From: Candidatus Latescibacterota bacterium
GTDB lineage: Bacteria > Latescibacterota > UBA2968
DNA: 64,000 nucleotides
Assembly: GCA_965204745.1 (NCBI GenBank)
Contig: OZ242010.1
Location: forward strand, 5,408,001 to 5,472,000
Direction: 5' to 3'
In this document: positions 10,054 through 20,219 of the stretch, one piece after another
How positions within the stretch are numbered: position 1 is the first letter of the stretch
Layout of the letters: every line of letters begins with the position of its first letter
Program-made: the position numbers and the translations under genes
Notes under the pieces: model-generated
The model's input: the letters and a program-made list of their open reading frames with translations, nothing else
What the model was told of the DNA's origin: nothing
Databases searched by the model: none

Positions 10054-11568
10054 ATGATCTTTCAATACATCCGACTTATGCTGATCGCCTGCATCTTTTT
10101 GTCGTGCGCCGCACAGACGCCTACGACAAAAATCGATACAAAAATTTATGTGGTACAACCGGGGGATTCGCTGACGAAAATCGCCGATCAGTTTTCCATG
10201 AGCGTGATCGAACTCAAGCAACTCAATGGCCTTACGTCGAATCGCATTCACCCCGGCCAACGCCTCCGAGTGCGCGCTTCTTCTACGCAACGACCACAGG
10301 CGCGCCCACCTTCTGCCCAGATAAAAAATATAGAATACGTGGTGCAACCGGGGGATTCGCTGACGAAAATCGCCGATCAGTTTGACATGCACGTTGACGA
10401 ACTCAAGCGACTCAATGGCCTTACGTCGAATCTCATTCGCCCCGGCCAACGCCTCCGCGTGCGCGACCTGTCTCCTGGCCGCTCATCTTCTGGGCGAGAA
10501 AATCGCGTTCAACCTTCTTTTGGCGAAATGGAATATGTGGTAAAACCGGGGGATTCGCTTTCTAAAATCGCCACGCGGTTTGCCATTGATTTGGCGGCAC
10601 TCAAACGCGCCAATGGCCTCAGATCGGATCGCATTTATGTGGGGCAAAAGTTAAAGATCCGGACGCAGGCAAAAGAAATCGCGGCGCCCAATGGCCCGTA
10701 TTATTTTTTTCAGCCCAAAGCGACCGTGCAACGAAGCCGGAATTATCGGGAAGAACCGAAAACAAAGCCGATTGAAGATTATCGAAATGCCCACAATTTG
10801 CTACGCGGTTTCAATGCGGGGATCGATTTGCAAATGCGCCGAGAGGGGCGTAAATCACAGCCGTTAAAAGGATGGCGCGTTGTGCTTGACCCGGGGCACG
10901 GAGGGCGCGATCCGGGCGCGATTGTTTCCAATGAAGATGGCAACAACAACCCGGTATATGTGGTTGAGGACGAATATGTGTACGATATTGGATTGCGGCT
11001 GTACCAAAAGCTGAGACTCGCCGGTGCCGCGGTGGAAATGACGGTGGTCAGTCCGAATCATCTCATTCGAGACAATGATCCTGCCGCGAAGACGTTCGTA
11101 CACGAGCAAAATGAGGTCTATAACGATGAAGCCTACAATAGACGGAACAGTTTTTCAGTGCGCCCGGGGCTTAGCAACATCACGCAACGGGTCAAAATAG
11201 CCAACCGGTTTTTCCAGGGCGCAAGACCGGGACAGACCCTGTTTTTATCGCTCCATGCAGACAACAGCCCCGGTCGCCTCAAAGGGCCTATGGTTATTTA
11301 TTGGGGGCGGCAGGGCAGAATCGATTCGCGGTCTCGAGCTTTTGCACGGGTTCTACAAAAAGCACTCGAGCGGTCGGGTGTACGCTCGCAAATTGGGGCG
11401 CGCAATCTGGCGGTGTTGCGGAACAATTCGGCGCACGCAGAAGTTCTGGTGGAAGTACGCAATGTACACGACACCGGCGAAGCCTATGCCTTGCGCTTCC
11501 ACGACAAGCGCGAGGAGGATGTAGATCGCATTTTCCAGGGGATACTCAATTACGCAAAGCAACGGTAA
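10054..11568 (+). CDS. Lipoprotein with 3 LysM domains + N-acetylmuramoyl-L-alanine amidase (Amidase_3)
   Basis: FLSC lipobox; three YVV(Q/K)PGDSL..IA LysM; LDPGHGGRDPGA, SLHAD, LVEV. Confidence 0.9.
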   Translation: MIFQYIRLMLIACIFLSCAAQTPTTKIDTKIYVVQPGDSLTKIADQFSMSVIELKQLNGLTSNRIHPGQRLRVRASSTQRPQARPPSAQIKNIEYVVQPGDSLTKIADQFDMHVDELKRLNGLTSNLIRPGQRLRVRDLSPGRSSSGRENRVQPSFGEMEYVVKPGDSLSKIATRFAIDLAALKRANGLRSDRIYVGQKLKIRTQAKEIAAPNGPYYFFQPKATVQRSRNYREEPKTKPIEDYRNAHNLLRGFNAGIDLQMRREGRKSQPLKGWRVVLDPGHGGRDPGAIVSNEDGNNNPVYVVEDEYVYDIGLRLYQKLRLAGAAVEMTVVSPNHLIRDNDPAAKTFVHEQNEVYNDEAYNRRNSFSVRPGLSNITQRVKIANRFFQGARPGQTLFLSLHADNSPGRLKGPMVIYWGRQGRIDSRSRAFARVLQKALERSGVRSQIGARNLAVLRNNSAHAEVLVEVRNVHDTGEAYALRFHDKREEDVDRIFQGILNYAKQR

Positions 11569-11655
11569 GGTGAGACGGGAGAGGTAAGAGGTAAGATGGG
11601 ATTTTAGCCATGAGCGGGGTACAACTGGCGATAGATAGTTCAAAGGCACAAAGCA
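11569..11655. repeat. Purine-rich heptamers + family B repeat (GAGCGGGGTACAACTGGCGA..GTTCAAAGGCAC)
   Basis: Family B also at ~17685, 28697, 42190, 46888, 59838. Confidence 0.8.
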
Positions 11656-11688
11656 TATAGGGGTGCGGCTACTGGATTAAAATGTGCG

Positions 11689-11727
11689 AAAAAAAATAAT
11701 AGCCCGAGTTCCTTGCGAACCCGGGCT
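11689..11727 (-). terminator. Intrinsic terminator downstream of AAA ATPase gene
   Basis: AGCCCGGGTTC-gcaag-GAACTCGGGCT followed by ATTATTTTTTT on minus strand. Confidence 0.6.
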
Positions 11728-11807
11728 TGTGCTTTATGTCGCGTCTAAAAAAAAAATAGAGAAGTATGTCTCCCGTGTAGGCTATGTCTGTGCGGGTAGG
11801 GGACGGG

Positions 11808-13385
11808 TTACATCCCCCACACCTCGATCTCCACTCCGCTGTCCAATGCTCGGCGATCTCGAAATATCTTGTCCCGCCAACGCCGATCCTCGCGGCGGTC
11901 AAAGATCACCAAGTGCCCCGCCTCTGCATCGCAGCGATCCATGTACTCGAAGGTCTGTTCCAGGCCCTCAGCGATGGTCCGTTCCAAAGTCTTGCGGAGC
12001 ACTTTGCACTCGATGACGAATTTGCGCTCTCGCTCGGCCTGGGGCCAGACGATGAGCAAATCAGTACGCAGACGGCCCAAGCCATACTCGCGCTCGATGC
12101 GCCCGCCGCTGTTCATGATCCTTTGCAAAAACGCCTGCAACAGCAACTGGGGGCCGGCCTCTTGATACGCGAATCGCTTGACCCAATGCTCGGAGTGTTC
12201 GCGGAAGAAGGTTTGGAACGCGGTCAGCAATTTGACCACATCCAAACTGCCATCAGCGTTGACGTACCAGACCGTTTCCTGATTGAACTCCTCTTGTACC
12301 ACCCATGTCAATTCGCGGGGAACGACTTCTGCGTAGATCGGGTTGGCGATGCGGATCGGACGATCTCGCGTCACGAGCCCGAGATCCTGTACATACTCCA
12401 AATCGCGATCCGTAAAATGGCGTTCCTCGCCACCGCTCAACAGCGGTTCAACCACGCGTTGCACCCGCTTCTCTTTGAGTTTATCGGTCAACTGGTCGAG
12501 ATGTGTTTCGCGGCGCAAGATGAGTTGTTCTTGCGCTCCGCGGATGTCGTCCTCGGTGATCGGATCGATCCGCGCCTCTGTGGCTTCATCCTTGAAGCAG
12601 GTCTCGTAAGCCAGCGCGTTGACCAGCCATGGTTGCCCCTGTGTTTGTGTCCAGATCAATTCCATCGCCTCGGGCGTGAATACCTGACCCGTCTCCTCGG
12701 TGTGTTGCACGAGCAAGGCCCGCACCTCGTCTTGCGAAAAATCGCCCAAGCGCAACGATTGCGCCTTGATGTTAAATGCACTGCCCCCGGTAATGACCGC
12801 ATTTTCTGTGGTGGATTGGATGCGATAATCGCGCACGTCGCGCACCCCGCATAAGACGACGCTCTGCGGAAACCCCTTTGGGCGTAGGTCATAGCCGGCG
12901 CGCAACTGCCGCAACACCGCCAGCAACGAGTCGCCGATCAGCGAATCGATCTCGTCGATGAGCAACACCAAGGGCTTCGGATCAGCTTTTGCCCAGCGTG
13001 TCAATGTTGCATACAGCGCAGCACCCGGCCCGGTTTCGGCGAGAATGCCGGGCCAAACCTCGTGCAAAAATTCGTCGTCTAATATCAAACTGGCCCGAAT
13101 TGCCAATGTCGCCAGAATGGTGCGCGTCACTTGTTCCACATCTTCGCGCATCGCCTGTCCGCTTTCGACATTGACGTACACGCAGCGGTAGCCATCCTCT
13201 TGGTTGAGCAAATCGCACAGGGCCAGTAGCGCAGACGTCTTGCCCGTTTGCCGGGGGGCGTGCAATACAAAATAGCGTTTGTCCCGGATGATTCGGCGCA
13301 CCTCGGCGAGATTTAGCCGTTCCAAGGGCGGGATGCAGTAGTGGTCTTCAGCCACGACCGGGCCGGTGGTGTTGAAGAAGCGCAT
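11808..13385 (-). CDS. AAA-like ATPase with C-terminal PD-(D/E)XK nuclease-like domain
   Basis: MRFFNTTGP, HAPRQTGKTS Walker A, LLIDEID Walker B; REYGLGRLRTDLLI...VIECK. Confidence 0.85.
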   Translation of the reverse strand: MRFFNTTGPVVAEDHYCIPPLERLNLAEVRRIIRDKRYFVLHAPRQTGKTSALLALCDLLNQEDGYRCVYVNVESGQAMREDVEQVTRTILATLAIRASLILDDEFLHEVWPGILAETGPGAALYATLTRWAKADPKPLVLLIDEIDSLIGDSLLAVLRQLRAGYDLRPKGFPQSVVLCGVRDVRDYRIQSTTENAVITGGSAFNIKAQSLRLGDFSQDEVRALLVQHTEETGQVFTPEAMELIWTQTQGQPWLVNALAYETCFKDEATEARIDPITEDDIRGAQEQLILRRETHLDQLTDKLKEKRVQRVVEPLLSGGEERHFTDRDLEYVQDLGLVTRDRPIRIANPIYAEVVPRELTWVVQEEFNQETVWYVNADGSLDVVKLLTAFQTFFREHSEHWVKRFAYQEAGPQLLLQAFLQRIMNSGGRIEREYGLGRLRTDLLIVWPQAERERKFVIECKVLRKTLERTIAEGLEQTFEYMDRCDAEAGHLVIFDRREDRRWRDKIFRDRRALDSGVEIEVWGM

Positions 13386-13398
13386 GGCGAGCGTCTCC

Positions 13399-14517
13399 TC
13401 ATTTTAGATTCTCGGGATTGAGTCCCTGCAGGTCTTCGGCGATGAAACGGCCGTCTTTGCGAATGCACGCGTCGTCGAAGTGGATTTCCCCGCCGCCGTA
13501 TTCCGGGGTTTGGATGAAGACCATATCCCAATGTACGGAGGATCGGTTGCCGTTGTCCGCGTCGTCTTGATAGGCGTTGCCGGGCGTGAAGTGGAATGAT
13601 CCCGCTATTTTTTCGTCGAAGAGAATGTCGAGCATGGGCGAGGTGATATAGGGGTTGAAGCCAATGGCAAATTCCCCGATGTAGCGCGCGCCTTCATCCG
13701 TGTTGAGAATCGCGTTGAGTTTGGCGGTGTCGCTCGCGGTCGCGTCTGTGATTTTGCCATCCCGAAAGGTCAACCGAATATCCGAAAACGGCGTGCCGTG
13801 ATAAATGGTGGGCACGTTGAACCGGATATGCCCATTGACAGAGGTTTTGACCGGGGCCGTGAAACACTCGCCGTCGGGAATGTTGCGCGAGCCAGTGCAG
13901 GTTCGCACCCCGATATCTTTGATGCTAAACGACAAGTCCGTATCTACCCCCATGATATGCACGCGGTCCGTTTGTTCCATGCGCTTTTTTAAGGGCGCGA
14001 CGGCCTGGGCCATTTTGCCGTAGTCGAGCGTACACACGTCAAAATAAAAATCCTCAAAGGCTTCGGTGCTTTGCCGCGCCTGTTGCGCCATCGAAGGCGT
14101 GGGCCATCGCAACACCACCCATTTGGTTTTCGGCACGCGGATGGCAAAATGCACTGGGTTGAGCCAGTGCTTTTCGTACACATCCATTGCCGCGCTGGAG
14201 ACATCCGAGAGTTCTGCGATGTTGCGACTGCCGCGCAACCCAATATAGACATGGGCGCGTTGCATGCGGTGGGCTTCATACGCGCCTATTTTTCGCATGG
14301 TGGTGACATCGCCTGCGCGGATGAGTTCGCGTTGGATGCGGGTGTTCTTGATGGACACCTGCGGGATGCCGCCCACATCGCGCACTTTGCGAATCAGCGC
14401 GATGAGCATATCTTCGGGCATGTCGTAGCCTTCGATGAGCACGGTTTCACCCGGTTGCACCTGCGTGGAATGATGAATCAAGACGTCGGCGAGTTTTTCC
14501 AATCGGGGGTCTTGCAT
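13399..14517 (-). CDS. Aminopeptidase, M29 (AmpS/aminopeptidase II) family
   Basis: DPRLEKLADVL, NIPDGECFTAP, GEFAIG, LFDEKI, N.SSVHWD. Confidence 0.9.
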   Translation of the reverse strand: MQDPRLEKLADVLIHHSTQVQPGETVLIEGYDMPEDMLIALIRKVRDVGGIPQVSIKNTRIQRELIRAGDVTTMRKIGAYEAHRMQRAHVYIGLRGSRNIAELSDVSSAAMDVYEKHWLNPVHFAIRVPKTKWVVLRWPTPSMAQQARQSTEAFEDFYFDVCTLDYGKMAQAVAPLKKRMEQTDRVHIMGVDTDLSFSIKDIGVRTCTGSRNIPDGECFTAPVKTSVNGHIRFNVPTIYHGTPFSDIRLTFRDGKITDATASDTAKLNAILNTDEGARYIGEFAIGFNPYITSPMLDILFDEKIAGSFHFTPGNAYQDDADNGNRSSVHWDMVFIQTPEYGGGEIHFDDACIRKDGRFIAEDLQGLNPENLK

Positions 14518-14724
14518 GGGGTCTCCTTTGCGACTATTGTTGGCGGTTAAAAAAAATAACACATGATAGACTTGCAAGCCATTCTTTTGTCACCCCACCT
14601 CCGGCCCCTCCCCGAGACGGAGAGAGGAGAAGTGATTCCCCATTCCTCTTATACTAAATTGATTTTCTGTTGACCTCATGCGATATGCTACCAGTCTGTG
14701 ATCCCCTTGATGTAGGGAAATTTT

Positions 14725-14874
14725 GTGGTTATTGACGCGCATAATCACGTTTGTTATCGCGATTTGAATTGGGCATGGACACGGTATTTGCCGCCGAGTG
14801 AGCATATCGCACGCAACTATCGCGTGGTTAATCCGGCCGATGCGTTGCGCTTGGTCCCTTTGGAAAGTCCGTGA
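14725..14874 (+). pseudogene. Collapsed amidohydrolase remnant (49 aa)
   Basis: GTG start, MVIDAHNHV (amidohydrolase HxH N-terminus) joined to a short ...DALRLVPLESP* end. Confidence 0.45.
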
Positions 14875-14952
14875 CATCGGGCAGTGTCACGGTTATTTTT
14901 AGATAGACTTTGACAGCCGTTCACATCAACCCCAAAACGAAAGGAGATCGCG

Positions 14953-15222
14953 ATGAGTGCAGAATTGATTGGCATTTTGACGGTGGGCGTTGCGATCATC
15001 GCCGTCGTTGCGGTGTTGTTTCAACGCCTTGACAGTCGCATTGACCTTTTGGAATCGCGGCTTGAAAAGCGTCTCGACCGGTTGGAAACGGGCATGGTGG
15101 ATATACGCGAACGGCTGGTGCGCGGTGAAACCAAAGTCGATAGCCTCGAGCGATGGGCATTCCAGGGCATGCCCGAACCCCTGACTATACCACCCGCATC
15201 GCAGGCGGCGAAATCCTCTTAA
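14953..15222 (+). CDS. Small N-terminal TM + coiled-coil protein
   Basis: AAGGAG RBS; hydrophobic N-terminus then RLDSRIDLLESRLEKRLDRLE heptads. Confidence 0.7.
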   Translation: MSAELIGILTVGVAIIAVVAVLFQRLDSRIDLLESRLEKRLDRLETGMVDIRERLVRGETKVDSLERWAFQGMPEPLTIPPASQAAKSS

Positions 15223-15257
15223 AAAATATCCGGTCTGATCGATGAGGAGGTCATGAA

Positions 15258-16037
15258 ATGGCACTGTCCGACCACATGCACTGGTCGTTTCAATACGACG
15301 GGAGAAGCCAGAGGCCGCATTTTTGCAACCAGTTGATGGGTGTTTTGCGTCGGGCGGAGCGAGCGCGGGGTGGCGATAGGTACGCGATTTTGCCGAATTA
15401 CTGGAAGGGGTACAACCGCGCAACCGCGATGGCGAATGGGGTCGATCTGGCAATCGGCGAGGTCGCGATCAACAGAAGGCGCGAGGTGTCGGGGAACTGG
15501 CGTTACGACGTTCGGGTTTTGAATGCGACGAGTGGTGAAAATTTGCACTTTGACTTTTGTTGCGCGGACGATGACGTTCGCACCTTGTCGGACACCTGGC
15601 GCGTGCGGGCGATCAATGGCGCGGGGGACGGCTATCGCACGTTCACCTGCGAGGGGCACATGACGGATCGACGAGAGGTCGCGCTCGTGGTCAATGGCGT
15701 CACATTGCCCGTCGGGCGTTTTGAGCTGTCGCAAGCCGTGACGTGTAACTGGGCGTTGTTCGACGCAATCCCCCATCTGGCCCATCGCCTAAAAGCGTTA
15801 GGCGAGCGGGTATCTCTGGGGATTTTAGAAGATTTGGAAAAAGTGCGCGCGCCCGCATCTATCGGCTTTTTGGAAGACTGGGTTATGCCACTTGACGACA
15901 GCGCGTTGGAACTCTCTGGTTTTTTCGTCTATGGCGCGGGCATGTTGCCATCGTATTGGTGGGTTGATCAGCAGGAGCGAGTGGTGATCGCCTCCACGAC
16001 ATTCCAAACCTTTGTGCTAGAAGGAGGCGCGGCATGA
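15258..16037 (+). CDS. Hypothetical protein
   Basis: GAGGAGG RBS, 259 aa, ATGA overlap with the sulfatase. Confidence 0.7.
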   Translation: MALSDHMHWSFQYDGRSQRPHFCNQLMGVLRRAERARGGDRYAILPNYWKGYNRATAMANGVDLAIGEVAINRRREVSGNWRYDVRVLNATSGENLHFDFCCADDDVRTLSDTWRVRAINGAGDGYRTFTCEGHMTDRREVALVVNGVTLPVGRFELSQAVTCNWALFDAIPHLAHRLKALGERVSLGILEDLEKVRAPASIGFLEDWVMPLDDSALELSGFFVYGAGMLPSYWWVDQQERVVIASTTFQTFVLEGGAA

Positions 16038-17488
16038 GCGACCGCCCGAATATCCTGTTTATCAACACGGACCAACACACGTGGAATGCGATATCGGCGT
16101 ATGGCAACGCGCATGTGCAAACGCCCAATATCGACCGCCTGCACGCCAATGGCATTTCGTTTATGCGCTCTTATTGCAGCGACCCGGTCTGCGCGCCTGC
16201 GCGGGCGAGTTGGATGACGGGCCGTTTTACGTCGGAAGCGGGCACGCCGTTCAACGGGGGCTATTTGCACGACGATTTGCCGGATTTGGGACGAATTTTG
16301 AAAGCCGGCGGGTATCGGGCGATTCACTGCGGCAAATGGCATGTGGATGGTCGAGATGTACACAGCAGTTTTGACGTGCTGTATTTCGGTCAACGCCCCA
16401 TTGGCGCGGGCGGCGGCGAATATTACGATGCGGCGATGACGCACGCCGTGGTGGATTTTTTGACCGGTTGCAAAGATGCCGGCCCGTTTTACCTGCAAGT
16501 CGGGTACGTCAATCCCCACGACATTTGCGAGTATGGGCACAATTTTGAAACCAAAGAGATGCCCGACGCCATCCGCAGGGGGATGCTCAATGAAGCGGAG
16601 TTGCCGCCCCTGCCCGAGAATTTTGAGTACGATGAACGCGAGACGGTTTTGCACCGGGTGTGCAGGCGCGTGGATGAGTGCTTGATCCACTGGCCCATTT
16701 TGCGCGCGACGAGAACGTGGGCCGAGCACCAATGGCGAACCTTTATTTGGCATCACCACCGGTTTGTGGAAAAGGTGGATGGCGAGATCGGCTTGATTTT
16801 GGCAGCGCTCGAACAAAGTGGGCACGCCGATGATACGCTGATCATTTTCAGTGTGGACCACGGCGAAGCCTTTGGGCAACACCAGATGTTCCAAAAATTT
16901 TCCCTGTACGAAGCGAGTATCCGCGTGCCGTTTATCGTAGCCACGCTCGGGCGCGGGTTGGATGTTCCAAAGGGGGTGTTCGATCAAACGCATTTTGTGT
17001 CCGGGGTCGATCTGTTGCCCACGGTTTGCGACTATGCCGGGATCGATCCGCCCGTGCATGTGCGGGGGATGAGCACGCGCCCCCTCGTTGAAGGCCGAGA
17101 GGTGGCGTGGCGCGATTTTGCCTTTGTCGAGAGCAATTACTGGGGCCGCGCCCTGATTTTTGATCGGCATAAATACGTTTGTGAGTATATTCCCCAGGGA
17201 AATGAAAACGACCTGTTGCCGCCTGGCCCGGATCCCTATCGCATCGGCCTTGAGCAACTGTTCGATTTGCAGGCAGACCCGGCCGAGACGCGCAATCTCG
17301 CTTATGAGGCGGGCAACCGCGCACTGCTGATGCACTGTCGCCAAACCATGCTGAATTTTGAATCCGGATTGGAACGGCGGCGCATTACCCATGCGCGGCC
17401 CGCGCAGCGAATCGGCGAATGGGCACAGCGGCTTCGGGCGCACTGGGATGCACATCCCGAGTTGAACGCGATGCGGATTCGGGGGTGA
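16034..17488 (+). CDS. Sulfatase
   Basis: RPNILFINTDQ, CAPARAS (CxPxR), GKWH, DHGE. Confidence 0.92.
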   Translation: MSDRPNILFINTDQHTWNAISAYGNAHVQTPNIDRLHANGISFMRSYCSDPVCAPARASWMTGRFTSEAGTPFNGGYLHDDLPDLGRILKAGGYRAIHCGKWHVDGRDVHSSFDVLYFGQRPIGAGGGEYYDAAMTHAVVDFLTGCKDAGPFYLQVGYVNPHDICEYGHNFETKEMPDAIRRGMLNEAELPPLPENFEYDERETVLHRVCRRVDECLIHWPILRATRTWAEHQWRTFIWHHHRFVEKVDGEIGLILAALEQSGHADDTLIIFSVDHGEAFGQHQMFQKFSLYEASIRVPFIVATLGRGLDVPKGVFDQTHFVSGVDLLPTVCDYAGIDPPVHVRGMSTRPLVEGREVAWRDFAFVESNYWGRALIFDRHKYVCEYIPQGNENDLLPPGPDPYRIGLEQLFDLQADPAETRNLAYEAGNRALLMHCRQTMLNFESGLERRRITHARPAQRIGEWAQRLRAHWDAHPELNAMRIRG

Positions 17489-17597
17489 GAGGGAAAACGG
17501 AGCAACCTTATACCAAATTGATTTTATATTTTCCGCATCCTGCTTCACATCAAAAATGAATGAGGAATAGACGGTCCGTAGGGATCATGCGGTGCTG

Positions 17598-17880
17598 ATT
17601 TAATGCGTTTGGTCCTACAGCCTCGGTTGTTGCTTTCGATGCCTTCGGCGACCTACTTTTTTTCAACAGCAAAAAAAAGTAGGCGAGCGGGGTACAACTG
17701 CCCCAGCAGTTCAAAAATGCCGCTCTCAAACGCCGAGGGGCTTGCACAGCGCAAAGCGCTTTTGTAATCGCACGACATGCGCCAGCCTGCAAGGTGGGTT
17801 GCCAGATGGATGTTGGTTGCGAAACGGCCTTGCGCGCTGTGCGTGATGGCTTTAGCTGATGGGCTTTTGCGATGGCAGGG
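17598..17880 (+). mobile_element. Degenerate internal copy of family E MITE
   Basis: Matches 28245-28500 and 47035-47285 (reverse complement); lacks clear termini; carries a 28-bp family B insert at ~17684-17712. Confidence 0.75.
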
Positions 17881-18001
17881 GTGCCATGGCTTCGCTGAAT
17901 GACTGTGGAACCTCAAGAGGATCATGGACTCGGAGCAGATCGCATCACATCAAGACAACAGCAACTCAATTCGGTATTATTCTTTATGAAAGGACGACGC
18001 A

Positions 18002-19555
18002 ATGGACGCACCAGACTACACGTCACTCGTGCCGCACTACGCGTTTCCAACCGCGCTGGCGAAACAGCGCGAGGCACTTGCGACCAATCCGTTGTTGCAG
18101 CGGATGAAGGACGCGCGGAAGGGATATGCGGGCGATCCGCACAGGCCCATCTATCACTACGTGAATCCCGAACACACGCTCAACGACCCCAATGGGCTTT
18201 GTTTTTGGCAGGGCCGATGGCATTTGTTTTATCAGGCGTATCCCCCCGAAGACCCGCGCCAGCACTGGGGCCATGCGATCAGCGATGATTTGATCCACTG
18301 GGAGGATTTGCCCTACGCGATTTATCCGAATCCGGAGCGATGCTGTTTTTCGGGGGCAACGCTCGTGGAAGAAGACCGCGTGATCGCCATGTACCACGGC
18401 ACAGAAGTCGGCAATATGGTGGCGGTGTCACATGATCCCCTGTTGTTGAACTGGGAGAAAGTGACCGGACGCGCCGTGATACCGATGAAGAATCCGGATG
18501 GCTCTGCGCCGCCCTATCGGGTATTTGATCCGTGTATCTGGAAAAAGGGCGCGTTTTATTATTCGCTTTCCGGTGGCACATTGCCAGGACCGGGCGGCAA
18601 GCGCACGCGGGCAAATTTTTTGCTCCGCTCGCCGGATTTGGCAACTTGGACGTATTTGCATCCGTTTGTGGAAGACGACCGCTTTACGCTGGTGGGCGAC
18701 GATGGCGCGTGTCCCTATTTCTGGCCCATTGGCGACCGCCACATCTTGCTTTTTTATAGCCACATGAGCGGCGGGCAATATCTGCTCGGGGATTACGATA
18801 CCGCCCGCGACAAGTTCGTCGTGACCGCGCATGACAAATGCAATTTCGGCCCCTCCGGCCCCTGCGGGGTCCACGCGCCTTCGGCAACGCCCGACAGCGA
18901 GGGCAATATCATCGCGATTTTCAACATGAACCCGGGAAAGCCGACAAAGAATTGGAATCAGATTATGACGTTGCCCCGCAAGTTGACGCTGGTGGGCGAA
19001 GAGGAGTTGCGGGTCGAGCCGGCAGGAGATGTGGCGTCGCTGAGGCGCGATCACCGTGAGGTGGCGGGGATGACGCTTGCGGCCAATCAGGAGGTGGTGC
19101 TCGACGGTATTCGGGGCAATGCCATGGAGATCGAAGCGGAGATCGATCCCAAAAACGCGCCGATGGTCGAGATGAATGTGTTGCGGTCGCCAAACGCGGA
19201 AGAGGTGACGCGCATCCTGTTTTTCAAGGATCGCGGGTTTAGAAATCGGGCGTTGAACACGCAGAAGAGTTTGATCACCATCGACTCGTCTCGTTCTTCC
19301 ATTTTGCCCGACGTGCGGACGCGCGCGCCCGAGACCGGGTCGGTTTCTATCGCGCCGGATGAGACCCTGAAGTTGCGCGTGTTCGTGGATAAGAGCGTGG
19401 TGGAGGTGTTCGTCAATGGCAAACAATGCGTGGCCTTGCGCGTGTATCCCGGGCGTGAAGATAGCGTTGGCGTTTCCCTGCGGTCACAAGGCCAAGACAG
19501 CGAACTCATTTCGCTCGATGCGTGGCAGATGGAAGATATTTATGCGGGTCAGTAG
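18002..19555 (+). CDS. Glycoside hydrolase family 32
   Basis: LNDPNG, HWGHAIS.DL.HW, FSG, FDP, ACP, C-terminal VFVDKSVVEVFVNG. Confidence 0.9.
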   Translation: MDAPDYTSLVPHYAFPTALAKQREALATNPLLQRMKDARKGYAGDPHRPIYHYVNPEHTLNDPNGLCFWQGRWHLFYQAYPPEDPRQHWGHAISDDLIHWEDLPYAIYPNPERCCFSGATLVEEDRVIAMYHGTEVGNMVAVSHDPLLLNWEKVTGRAVIPMKNPDGSAPPYRVFDPCIWKKGAFYYSLSGGTLPGPGGKRTRANFLLRSPDLATWTYLHPFVEDDRFTLVGDDGACPYFWPIGDRHILLFYSHMSGGQYLLGDYDTARDKFVVTAHDKCNFGPSGPCGVHAPSATPDSEGNIIAIFNMNPGKPTKNWNQIMTLPRKLTLVGEEELRVEPAGDVASLRRDHREVAGMTLAANQEVVLDGIRGNAMEIEAEIDPKNAPMVEMNVLRSPNAEEVTRILFFKDRGFRNRALNTQKSLITIDSSRSSILPDVRTRAPETGSVSIAPDETLKLRVFVDKSVVEVFVNGKQCVALRVYPGREDSVGVSLRSQGQDSELISLDAWQMEDIYAGQ

Positions 19556-19642
19556 TCAGTCCCCGCGCCCAACCCCCTTCGGTGAGACGGGAGAGGTGAG
19601 ACGGGAGAGGTGAAGCAACCCCGCCACCGCCCAAGTGGTCAG
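19549..19642. repeat. Composite heptamer module
   Basis: Inverted near-copy at ~42410-42500. Confidence 0.75.
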
Positions 19643-19659
19643 CGAAATGAGTGGGTAAG

Positions 19660-20207
19660 TGTCTGAATCGCGGATTAAACGGATTACGCGGATGAACGCG
19701 GATTGGGTTGGCAGGTAGGGCGGAGGGTGCAGATGGCATAGACGCCGTAAGTGGGGTAAAGGAAGGACGCGGATTGGGTTGGCAGGTAGGGCGGAGGGTG
19801 CAGATGGCATAGACGCCGTAAGTGGGGTAAAGGAAGGACGCGGATTGGGGAGCGCAGATAGGGCGGAGGGTGCAGATGATACAGACGCCGCAAGTGGGCA
19901 TGGTCTCTGTGTGCCTCGAGGCTTTACAGTTTGGGGGTGGCCTTGGCCTTGCAATCGCCACACAAAGGCGGTCAATCCCAAAGCGATGAGCAAGCGCAAG
20001 TGGGCAGAGGAAGCGGATGAAAAGCGAAAGGCACGGCTTTCAGCCCTCGTCAATCCGGTGGAAGCCGCTTTTGTTTTTTTGTCCAAAGATAAGCGGAGGA
20101 CATAGCGGGTGCGAAGGTCGTAGGTGGTGCGAAGGACGCAGTAGGTGCGGGGTTGGTGCGGGGTAATCCGTGCAATCCCCAAATCCGCGTAATCCGCGAT
20201 TCAGACA
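19660..20207. repeat. Family D element with 17-bp terminal inverted repeats TGTCTGAATCGCGGATT...AATCCGCGATTCAGACA
   Basis: Perfect terminal inverted repeats; internal ~71-bp tandem units; related copies at 24680-24904 and 24962-25186. Confidence 0.85.
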
Positions 20208-20219
20208 AATGGACCATCC

